Part shown: positions 9,447 through 17,057 of the stretch, piece by piece
How positions within the stretch are numbered: position 1 is the first letter of the stretch
Layout of the letters: the number at the start of each line of letters is the position of its first letter
NCBI GenBank assembly: GCA_963678555.2
Contig: OY782871.2
Span: forward strand, 24,432-88,431
Reading direction: 5' to 3'
Length of the DNA: 64,000 bases
Source of the DNA: Sphaerochaetaceae bacterium
GTDB taxonomy: Bacteria; Spirochaetota; Spirochaetia; Sphaerochaetales; Sphaerochaetaceae
Made by a program: the position numbers and the translations under genes
The notes under the pieces: generated by a model
The model's input: the letters and a program-made list of their open reading frames with translations, nothing else
What the model was told of the DNA's origin: nothing
Databases searched by the model: none

Positions 9447-9463
9447 GGGAAATCATATTTCCC
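9447..9463 (+). terminator. Small hairpin after the RayT-like gene
   Basis: GGGAAAT-CAT-ATTTCCC, 7-bp stem, 11 nt after the stop. It is followed by CTTCTC, which is not a strong T-tract. Confidence 0.3.
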
Positions 9464-9976
9464 CTTCTCAGGACCTTATGGATATTCCTTGAGCGCAGGC
9501 CTGGAGTGCGTGTCCTGATATCGTGCCGGGTATTGTTTCAGGAGAGCTCTCTGCACACGGCATCGTACTGTCGAGTCCAGGTTAACGGGTATCGTGTTCA
9601 TTCGCTTTATCCGACCGGTATCCTGAGCCTTCAAGCTATTGAGGTGGAGATGGTTTCTTCCCATGGGTTCCGACTCCCTTCCCGTTTTTTGTCGTGAGAG
9701 CCGGCACCTGTGCTGTTCTGCAAAAAGGTGAGGAATGCCTGCCCTCTTTGTTTCCCTGTCAGGCGGATCCTCGCCGGTACGGGGCCCTACAGGGCCTCCT
9801 CCCCGCACCTTCACCCGGTGCATGGTTGATTGTAAGTAGAAAATCACATCTATTACGTACCAGTGCCCGTCAGTCTACGAGATTCTGCTACATATGATGG
9901 TGGTTGCAGTGGGAAACCACTCACCTCTTTCACGGGAAAGAAACACACATAACCTATTGGTGTACGAGGTAGCTAC

Positions 9977-10798
9977 ATGGCTTCTTATGTTCGCACGGCA
10001 GTCTGCACAGCCTGCCTGCTCTTTGCTTCAACGGTACTCGTGTTTGCATCGTCCCCACCGCTTCGTCTGGTGATCAACCCCGGCTCCGACCAGGTCGTTG
10101 CCGTGCGGTATATGACCGGGACGAAAGAGAACGGAACCTGGAACGACGTGGATATCACCAGCAGCGTCGTGCTGCTTGAGCACTTTGACAATGACAGGGA
10201 TCTCCTGTTCGTCCAGCAGAAGGCAGCCGGCCAGGAATGGAGTCCAAGCCATATCTACCGCTACGATACTCTCACCGACCGCTGGCAGCAGGTGGTGATA
10301 CGCACACTGTCCGTCACATCGATGGACGTACGCCCGTATGCACTGTGGCCGGTGGGTTCCTCTTCCACACTCTACTCCATCGTCACCGGGGCTGCTGTCA
10401 AACTGAACATCAGTTACGACAAGGAACATAGCCCGTACGGGTACTGTGAGGCCGGTTACAGCCGTGGACCTGCCCTGAGCGACTGGGCAGAAAGCATGCA
10501 GGCGATCAATGTGTCTGCAGGTATGGGCTTTCGCTTTCCCCTCGGCAAACATGTCGCTGTCGCCCCTGAGGTCGGCTACGGCCTGGTCCTTCACCTCCTC
10601 TATGGAGACCTCGATCAGGATGGGACACAGTCAAATGAGACGTTTCTTGACCAGCAGGTCCGTCTTTCGCTCAACCTCAGCATCGCACCTGCAGAGTCAT
10701 ATGAGCTCCTCATAGCTCCCTTCGGTGTACTGTTCTTCGAGAAAGACAGAGTCGGCGCATTATACGGCGTTCAGGCCGGCATGCGCTTCAACTTCTAG
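9977..10798 (+). CDS. Putative outer-membrane beta-barrel protein (hypothetical)
   Basis: Signal peptide (CTACLLFASTVLVFASS), alternating beta-strand-like C-terminal half, and terminal ...GVQAGMRFNF (aromatic C-terminus). Confidence 0.5.
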   Translation: MASYVRTAVCTACLLFASTVLVFASSPPLRLVINPGSDQVVAVRYMTGTKENGTWNDVDITSSVVLLEHFDNDRDLLFVQQKAAGQEWSPSHIYRYDTLTDRWQQVVIRTLSVTSMDVRPYALWPVGSSSTLYSIVTGAAVKLNISYDKEHSPYGYCEAGYSRGPALSDWAESMQAINVSAGMGFRFPLGKHVAVAPEVGYGLVLHLLYGDLDQDGTQSNETFLDQQVRLSLNLSIAPAESYELLIAPFGVLFFEKDRVGALYGVQAGMRFNF

Positions 10799-10807
10799 GA
10801 GACCATC

Positions 10808-12424
10808 ATGAAAACAAAGTCGAACCTGTTACCAGTGATAGCAATACTGCTTCTTGCTGCTCTCCTTGTCCTCATCAGCTGCAGCGATATGATGGAGAGG
10901 ATGGGGAGCATCAGTCTGACCATAACCCTGGACACTCCAGATGTCGAGGTTGCCTACTATACGCTTGAAGGGGCTCTTGCCAATACCAGGACCGTCTTCA
11001 CCCTCAACAATGTCTCTCCCCCGACACATACGCTGTCGTCACTGAAAAAGGGTACGTGGGACCTCACCCTGACCGCCTTCAATGACCTGGGCCAACAGAT
11101 CGGTATCGGAACCGGGACTGTCAATCTCAAGGAGGGCCAGATAGTCGAGGAGACACTGCTGGTGGTGTTCAGCCAGAGCGCTCCCCGGCTCAGCGATCTT
11201 ATCGTCACGGCACCGGCACGGTTCGATGCCGTTCAGAGTTCGATAACTGGGACAACGAAAAACATGGAGTACAGACTTGCTTCCGCATCGGAGGAAACAC
11301 CCTATACTCCCTGCAGCCCATCAGCTACCCTTCTTGCTCCTGGGACGTACAAGATCAGGTATGCCGAGGCCCGAGGACTTGAGGCGAGTGAAGACCTGAT
11401 CGTGAGTGTGCCTGCCTACCAGAGGATCCAGCTGACCGTCAGTGCACCCACTCTCACCTCGCCGGACAAACCCTACGATGGTACCTCTGCGCTCAGCGGC
11501 AGCGTGGTGGCGGGAACTCTGGACAATCTGCCAAGCGGTCATGCGGTAAACGTCCACGCAACGGCGACCTATTCCGACAAGCATGCAGGAACCGGCAAGC
11601 AGATCACTGTCAGCTATACTATCGACGGCGATCATGCACAGTATTACCTTCCTCCTGTCGATGACAGGAGCTGTACGGGGAGTATCACCAGGAAAGCCCT
11701 CAGTGTCTCCGACACGGAGCTGCAGCTGACCAGGGAGTATGACGGAACGAACACCGCGCGGGTGACAAAGGCCGGGACCCTCACTGGAATCGTTGACGGT
11801 GATGTGGTGAGCCTGCAGGCAACGGCAACCTACACTGACCCGGACGCAGGAACAGGCAAGCAGGGCACGGTCACCTACACCATCAACGGCTATGATGCAG
11901 AAAACTATGAAGCTCCCCCCGTTTCCCCCTTCACCACGGGAGAAATCACCAGAAGACTGTTGACGGCGACAACAGGGAACTACTCAAAAACCTACGGTGA
12001 AGAGAACCCCGCGTTCCGTGTCTCTGTGACGGGCTTTGCCAACGGAGAGAGTGCCTCCACGGCCACGGGCTATACCGCACCGACAGCTTCCTCGGCGGCA
12101 ACGTCCTCTACCGGTGCAGGCTCAGCACCTGTCACCATCTCTGGCGGCAGCGCCGACAACTACACCTTTGATATAAATGACACGGGAACGCTGACTATTA
12201 ACAAGGCTGTTCTCACAGCAACGGTGGGAGATTACTCAAAGACCTACGGTGAAGAGAACCCCGCGTTCAGTGTAACCGTAACAGGCTTTGTCAACGGTGA
12301 GAGTGCCTCCATGGCCACGGGCTATACTGAACCGACAGCTTCCTCGGCGGCAACGACCTCTACTGATGCAGGAACATCACCTGTTACCATCCCAAATTCC
12401 CGAAATTTTGTAACTAGGAGATAG
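10808..12424 (+). CDS. Surface lipoprotein with YDG/MBG-type repeats, 3' end replaced by IS insertion
   Basis: Lipobox LVLISC. Two KPYDGT/REYDGT..ATATY(S/T)D..AGTGKQ.. repeats, then two KTYGEENPAF..NGESAS..GYT.PTASSAAT repeats. The second unit breaks off at ..SPVTI where the IS left IR starts (12391); the last 10 codons and the stop are IS sequence. Confidence 0.7.
   Translation: MKTKSNLLPVIAILLLAALLVLISCSDMMERMGSISLTITLDTPDVEVAYYTLEGALANTRTVFTLNNVSPPTHTLSSLKKGTWDLTLTAFNDLGQQIGIGTGTVNLKEGQIVEETLLVVFSQSAPRLSDLIVTAPARFDAVQSSITGTTKNMEYRLASASEETPYTPCSPSATLLAPGTYKIRYAEARGLEASEDLIVSVPAYQRIQLTVSAPTLTSPDKPYDGTSALSGSVVAGTLDNLPSGHAVNVHATATYSDKHAGTGKQITVSYTIDGDHAQYYLPPVDDRSCTGSITRKALSVSDTELQLTREYDGTNTARVTKAGTLTGIVDGDVVSLQATATYTDPDAGTGKQGTVTYTINGYDAENYEAPPVSPFTTGEITRRLLTATTGNYSKTYGEENPAFRVSVTGFANGESASTATGYTAPTASSAATSSTGAGSAPVTISGGSADNYTFDINDTGTLTINKAVLTATVGDYSKTYGEENPAFSVTVTGFVNGESASMATGYTEPTASSAATTSTDAGTSPVTIPNSRNFVTRR
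11990..12390 (+). repeat. 252-bp (84-codon) tandem coding repeat, 1.6 copies
   Basis: ACCTACGGTGAAGAGAACCCCGCGTTC is identical at 11990-12016 and 12242-12268. The units stay recognisably similar until the IS junction. Confidence 0.75.
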
Positions 12425-14063
12425 GCGTGATGGTCTCGAAGGGATCCCGATCACCCTCATTCACCAGCTTTCCCTTCCATGAGTACTCGACACCGAACAG
12501 GTCAAAGATAAGACGTTGAGCTTTAGTCGGGACTGTGTAGACGTCACGATACGTGCCGCGGTAATGGACTTTCGAGTACGTATTCACCTTATCCAGAATT
12601 TCTTTGTAGTTCCAGTGTTTACGCTCCTTTGGGGGAATGAGGTTGATCAGTTCCTTCAGTGCGGTGAGAATGATCAGGGTGATGAAATTCACGAAGAGCC
12701 TTCCCTGCATCACCTTGTCAGTGTGAACCCTCAAACGATTACAGTCGATAAGATTCTTCATGTCATCAAAGAGCAGTTCAATATCATTTCTCTGCCGGTA
12801 GGCATGCAGAGCCTTAACCGGATCCTTTTCAGCATTGGTATACAGAACCCAGAATCCGCTCTGACCATTGATGAACGCCTGAACTTCCTGATCCTTAAGA
12901 ACAACCTTCCTTCCTCTTTTCGGCGTTTCCTTAACTTCGAAGTATCGCTCATAATATGACTGGTTGTTCTTGACCGGCTCACTCGCATCAAGCTCGGCCT
13001 TGCATGCCTGCAGTCGCTTCATCAGACGGGCAACGTCCCGCTCCTTTCTTGCAGCATCGAAATACACATGAGCCCACATTCTTCCATGTTCAGTCTTTCG
13101 TATGGTCTTTAGACCATAGATGATGGCATCGGTATCATCGGTCGGGATGAGCGTGTCAGGACGCTGAATGGTATGGCGATGTTTCTCTATCAGTTCTCTT
13201 GCCCAGGTAACGTTCGAAGGAACGGGCATGAGAAATGTGTGACCATGGTCGCTCAGATGAGCGATGTTATCTACAGAGCAGAAAGCTCTGTCTCCTATGA
13301 TCACAGAGGAAGGAATCTCAAGTTTTTTCAGCTGTTCAAGTACATGTTGAAGAACGATAGATTCGTTCATACTTCCCGACATTTCTGAGTACCAGAGAGG
13401 AAGGCGAGTTTCATACGAACTGAGGAGACCGATATTGATCTGAGGGATCTTCTCCTTGTCACGGTTATACCCACGTTCTACATATGCATTATTCTTTGCA
13501 TAGCTTGAAATACTGCTGATATCGAACAGCAGGTTCTTCTTCGCCATGTTCTTCTCTATCCAGGAGGAGAAGAATGTGTTCTGAGTATCCTTATCGAGTC
13601 TTTTCAGGAGTTCACTGATTCTCTGTGAACAGAGCATGGAGCCATCGAAGCCTCTGTCATCAAGCCAGGACTCAGCATAGCTGAGAGGTCTACCTGTACA
13701 GATTGAGTATTTCGCGAGCTCCAGAACAAAGGTCGCATCCTGAGGGCCAAGAGTCTGTGAAAGAATTCGCTTGAGTCCGATGCTTTTGATGATAGGATCG
13801 AGAATGAGATTCTGACCGAGCAGCGTTGTCTTTGAGACAACAGGGACAGGAAGCTCTTTAGCCTGACCGGCTTGCTGACGGGAAAGGTCATAGTCGTTAT
13901 AGATGATCTGTCCGTGGGAATCGAGTTTGCCGATACACTTACGGGTGTGACGACCTTGCTTTTTCTCGCTATCCCAATAGGCGGTGTCTTCGTAGACATA
14001 GGTAACATCGGCTTTCTTATTGTAGACCTTGATGATTCTGGCTGAATTTCCTGCTTTATTCAT
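12414..14063 (-). CDS. IS1634-family (IS4-type DDE) transposase
   Basis: Perfect Y-2-R-3-E-6-K signature (YRQRNDIELLFDDMK), IGDRAF DDE region, and an N-terminus typical of IS1634 (KVYNKKADVTYVYED). ATG 14063 is preferred over the track start 14099. Confidence 0.8.
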   Translation of the reverse strand: MNKAGNSARIIKVYNKKADVTYVYEDTAYWDSEKKQGRHTRKCIGKLDSHGQIIYNDYDLSRQQAGQAKELPVPVVSKTTLLGQNLILDPIIKSIGLKRILSQTLGPQDATFVLELAKYSICTGRPLSYAESWLDDRGFDGSMLCSQRISELLKRLDKDTQNTFFSSWIEKNMAKKNLLFDISSISSYAKNNAYVERGYNRDKEKIPQINIGLLSSYETRLPLWYSEMSGSMNESIVLQHVLEQLKKLEIPSSVIIGDRAFCSVDNIAHLSDHGHTFLMPVPSNVTWARELIEKHRHTIQRPDTLIPTDDTDAIIYGLKTIRKTEHGRMWAHVYFDAARKERDVARLMKRLQACKAELDASEPVKNNQSYYERYFEVKETPKRGRKVVLKDQEVQAFINGQSGFWVLYTNAEKDPVKALHAYRQRNDIELLFDDMKNLIDCNRLRVHTDKVMQGRLFVNFITLIILTALKELINLIPPKERKHWNYKEILDKVNTYSKVHYRGTYRDVYTVPTKAQRLIFDLFGVEYSWKGKLVNEGDRDPFETITPIS

Positions 14064-14082
14064 AGTCACAATTATAACTATG
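14061..14082. promoter_or_regulatory. Imperfect palindrome covering the transposase start codon
   Basis: CATAGTCACAATTATAACTATG, 9 of 11 pairs. The ATG complement is at 14061-14063. Confidence 0.35.
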
Positions 14083-14217
14083 TTTAAGGGAAAAGTCAAA
14101 CCTTAAATGAACAACAAATACATATATACGATATAATTACGTATTACTAGCTACAATTTTGCAGGAATTAGGGTTTCTAAACCTCTGAGGGAGTGATATC
14201 TTCCTTGATAGCCAGAA

Positions 14218-14241
14218 CGGCAAAATATTAAGAAATTGCCG
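14218..14241. promoter_or_regulatory. Inverted-repeat operator candidate 1 upstream of abiEi-like gene
   Basis: CGGCAAAATATTAAGAAATTGCCG: GGCAA / TTGCC half-sites with a 12-nt AT spacer. Confidence 0.45.
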
Positions 14242-14292
14242 AAACTGCTAGTGACTTCTGGTGGAAATATGAGTATACTGAATAAGCCAGAT

Positions 14293-14316
14293 CGGCAAAA
14301 AAATAGAAATTTGCCA
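14293..14316. promoter_or_regulatory. Inverted-repeat operator candidate 2 upstream of abiEi-like gene
   Basis: CGGCAAAAAAATAGAAATTTGCCA has the same GGCAA-N12-TTGCC architecture, 75 bp after copy 1 and 24 bp before the start codon. Confidence 0.45.
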
Positions 14317-14339
14317 TAATGGCTTAGGAGGTGGCGTGT

Positions 14340-15074
14340 ATGAACAAGAGTGCAATCATTCGAAATCTACCGAACGGTACATGTACAAGGCAACAGATTT
14401 TACGTGCGGCGCGGATTGTTGAACCCTCCTTCAAGGAGACGCAACTCAGATATTTAATGGGTGACCTGCGTAAGTCCGCCTTAATCATTAGGCTAGGGCG
14501 TAATCAATACAAGAAAGTTGCGAAGGGAACCCAAAAAGGCATCTTTACTGGAGTGTATTCTAAATTGGCATTGCAGGTGATTTCCTTCATGCAAGAGAGA
14601 TTTCCTCTGCTTTCTTTCAGGGTTTGGGAGTTATCTTGGTTAAACGAGTTTTTTAATCACCAGTTTGCGCGAAATCAGATTTTTCTCGATGTAGAGAAAG
14701 ATGGTTGTGATTTTGTGTTCTCTGTGCTTGCCGAGAAATTTCCAGGGAGGGTATTGTTAAAACCCAAAGTTCAGGACTTATTACATTATGGCACTGATGA
14801 TGGAATCATTATTGATCGACTAGTTACGGAGGCTCCCAAAACAGAAGAGGAGTCATGTCAGGTACCTTTGGAGAAGTTGATTGTGGATCTGTTTGCAAAC
14901 AAGAACCTGATGCTTTCTAAGGGTGATTATCCTTCTGCCATCGAGACGATGTTCGCTAAATATTGGATTGATCAGGTTTCAATGCTTCGCTATGCACGGA
15001 GAAGAAATAGGGCAAAGGATGTGTTTGGATTCCTTAGAGAAAAGACTAAGGTCGAACTTCTGGTCCAGGAGTGA
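14340..15074 (+). CDS. AbiEi-like antitoxin / transcriptional partner of AbiEii (type IV TA)
   Basis: AGGAGG 8 nt upstream of ATG 14340. About 245 aa with an N-terminal wHTH-like segment. Its stop is 2 nt before the AbiEii start. The assignment rests mainly on position and size. Confidence 0.55.
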   Translation: MNKSAIIRNLPNGTCTRQQILRAARIVEPSFKETQLRYLMGDLRKSALIIRLGRNQYKKVAKGTQKGIFTGVYSKLALQVISFMQERFPLLSFRVWELSWLNEFFNHQFARNQIFLDVEKDGCDFVFSVLAEKFPGRVLLKPKVQDLLHYGTDDGIIIDRLVTEAPKTEEESCQVPLEKLIVDLFANKNLMLSKGDYPSAIETMFAKYWIDQVSMLRYARRRNRAKDVFGFLREKTKVELLVQE

Positions 15075-15078
15075 TCGT

Positions 15079-16119
15079 ATGGTGCTATCTGAAAATTTTA
15101 AACGTGAGCACATTGAAGAAATTCGAAGTAATTATTCAATAGATAATTCTATCCTCGAGAGAAGCATATTTGCTTTATCCTTACTTGAGGCGCTGGTAAG
15201 GGTAGGTATGCCGTTCATCTTCAAGGGTGGTACCAGTCTCCTGCTCCTTCTTGAGAAACCTAGAAGATTATCCACTGATATCGATATTATTATGAAGCCA
15301 GGAACAGAAGTGGAAACTTATCTTGAACAGGCTGCAAAGATTTATCCATTTATATCGATGGAGAAGCAGGTTCGGACAGGGAAGAATAAAATTGACAAAG
15401 CCCATTACAAATTCACCTATGACTCCCCCGTACATGAAAAGGAATTTTATATTCTGTTGGATATTCTATTCGAAGAAAACCATTACAGCACACTGATTCA
15501 GCGAAAAGTTGAACATCAATTTCTGAAGACAGAAGAACCATATGTTGAGGTGATGATGCCAAGTGTGAATTGCCTTCTTGGTGACAAGTTGACAGCATTT
15601 GCGCCCCACACAACTGGAATCCAGTTTGGATCTGAGAAGGAACTGGAAATTATCAAACAGTTGTATGATATTTCAGCTCTCATAGATGTCCATGATAACT
15701 TTGAAGATATTCATACTTCCTATATCGCAACAGTTACAGCAGAACTTGCGTATCGAGGTCTTTCAAATTCTCATAGTGAGGTCTTTCAAGATACCATTGA
15801 TGCTGCAGCCTGTATCGCAAGTCGAGGGACATATCTCAAGAATGATTATCCTGAATATTTGAAAGGTATAAGGGGAATCACCAATCATGTCTACGGTGAG
15901 AAATTCAATGCAGAGAAGGCAATACTCCCTGCATGCAAGACCATGTATATGGCTGCATGTCTGATGAAAGGCGAAAAATTCGAAAAGATTACAGAACCTT
16001 TAAATTTCAGCAGAGCAAACATTGGAAAGACTAAGTATGCGAAACTTTTCTCACTTAGAAAGCTTGACATAGAGGCTTTTGCATACGCTGTTAAAGCGGT
16101 TGAGATGTTGCAAGTATAG
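15079..16119 (+). CDS. Nucleotidyltransferase AbiEii/AbiGii toxin family protein
   Basis: FKGGTSLLLLLEKPRRLSTDIDII matches the AbiEii GG(T/S)..R.S.DIDf nucleotidyltransferase motif. 346 aa. Visibly AT-richer than the surrounding DNA. Confidence 0.85.
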   Translation: MVLSENFKREHIEEIRSNYSIDNSILERSIFALSLLEALVRVGMPFIFKGGTSLLLLLEKPRRLSTDIDIIMKPGTEVETYLEQAAKIYPFISMEKQVRTGKNKIDKAHYKFTYDSPVHEKEFYILLDILFEENHYSTLIQRKVEHQFLKTEEPYVEVMMPSVNCLLGDKLTAFAPHTTGIQFGSEKELEIIKQLYDISALIDVHDNFEDIHTSYIATVTAELAYRGLSNSHSEVFQDTIDAAACIASRGTYLKNDYPEYLKGIRGITNHVYGEKFNAEKAILPACKTMYMAACLMKGEKFEKITEPLNFSRANIGKTKYAKLFSLRKLDIEAFAYAVKAVEMLQV

Positions 16120-16187
16120 TGTAATGAAAAGAGATTGGTTGCAAAGGGCTACTACACGCTCAAGTCAGCATCTGCATAATGCGTGAG

Positions 16188-16720
16188 AAAACGGCCATGA
16201 AAGCGTTCAAAAACGGTCACTGAGTGTTTAATAACGGCCGGTGGTTGAACCGGCCAGATGAGAATCAAACAGCTTTTTCAATAAGAAGAGTGTAGCCGTT
16301 ATTCAAAAGACGTCTTCTGATGCTATCTCCCATCGCAAAGTTGCCGTCGCTTTCAAGGAATGAAATCCATGTTCTAGGATCATACTGAGAGGTAATAATC
16401 GTGGATGTGCCGAGTTCGTCACGGTTCTTAATTAGGGAGAAAAGTATAAGACTGCGATCATTACCCAGGTGGGCGATCAGATAGTCATCCAAAATCAGCA
16501 CTTGAATATCAGAGTATTGACACTCGCCTGTGCATTGTAGCATTGGCTAAGACTTTCTTTCAGGCAGCACACTAGTGATCGGTTGCGTGTGACCATATCA
16601 CGTACTGTCAGTTGAAGAACTATGCCCGTGAGCACTCGATGTCGGAATCGTTGTCTGCATACAGAGAACCCCGCGGTCGTATTCGATGCTCTCTCCTGAG
16701 CGCGATATGCTTTCACACCC
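16188..16720 (-). mobile_element. IS21-family remnant (3' part of istB plus terminal multi-repeats)
   Basis: The istB C-terminal fragment is followed by three direct repeats: AAAACGGCCA (16188), AAAACGGTCA (16210) and ATAACGGCCG (16231), spaced 21-22 bp as in IS21 ends. No istA is present. Confidence 0.5.
16265..16543 (-). pseudogene. istB: istB (IS21 helper ATPase) C-terminal fragment
   Basis: VLILDDYL..LFSLIKNRDELGTSTIITSQYDPRTW..GDSIRRRLLNN matches the Walker B to C-terminus part of IstB. There is a stop immediately upstream in frame, and no Walker A was found in any frame upstream. Confidence 0.6.
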
Positions 16721-16953
16721 CTTCATGCGCTCTCAGGCGGTTTATATTGGAAGCATCTACTGACATAAGTGCACAGGTTTGCATCTGACATATCTTGAGA
16801 CTTTTGGAGGGAATGTATCGATGACCAGATATGGTTTTTTTAGAAGTCTATCGGTGTATGGTATGTGCGTATATTTTATAAATGTATATAAAATAATAAA
16901 ATATATATAATACATAAGAGTGTATCATATCCTTACGTTAAAGCAGATATATA

Positions 16954-16982
16954 TTGACATAAGTTTGTATTGTAGGTATATT
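16954..16982 (+). promoter_or_regulatory. Sigma70-type promoter upstream of the LruC-domain lipoprotein gene
   Basis: TTGACA (16954-16959), 17-nt spacer, TATATT (16977-16982). It sits in a very AT-rich tract 75 nt before the ATG. A 9-bp inverted repeat, TTGTATTGT (16965-16973) / ACAATACAA (16988-16996), straddles the -10 element. Confidence 0.5.
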
Positions 16983-17057
16983 CTAGAACAATACAAGTTT
17001 TTACCTGCGTCCTAGGTTGGGTGCAGATCAGATACTGATGAAAGGAACGGTTGAGAT

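Larger units (their letters stand above)
12391..14173 (-). mobile_element. IS1634/IS4-family insertion sequence, 1783 bp
   Basis: Imperfect terminal IRs: CCCAAATTCCCGAAATTTTGTAACTAG (12391-12417) versus reverse complement of 14147-14173, CCCTAATTCCTGCAAAATTGTAGCTAG (21/27). Single transposase gene. No target duplication is seen. Confidence 0.75.

Noticed and set aside
9476-9847. 123-aa minus-strand ORF in the same gap
   Set aside because: It has a highly basic, low-complexity composition, no start context and no motif. Its only support is the absence of stops in GC-rich DNA.
9437-9976. RNase P RNA, tmRNA, SRP RNA or cobalamin / c-di-GMP riboswitch in the 530-bp gap
   Set aside because: I looked on both strands for the RNase P motifs GAGGAAAGUCC and ACAGAAnnCGGCUUA, a tmRNA tRNA-like 3' end with CCA plus a tag ORF ending in ALAA, and B12-box or GEMM cores. 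I found only weak partial matches, and they were in the wrong order. The region stays unexplained rather than assigned.
11990-12390. CRISPR-like or VNTR array
   Set aside because: The 252-bp repeats are in-frame protein domain repeats of the lipoprotein. The 42-bp repeats at 21521-21646 are degenerate and lack spacer/repeat structure. No cas genes are present.
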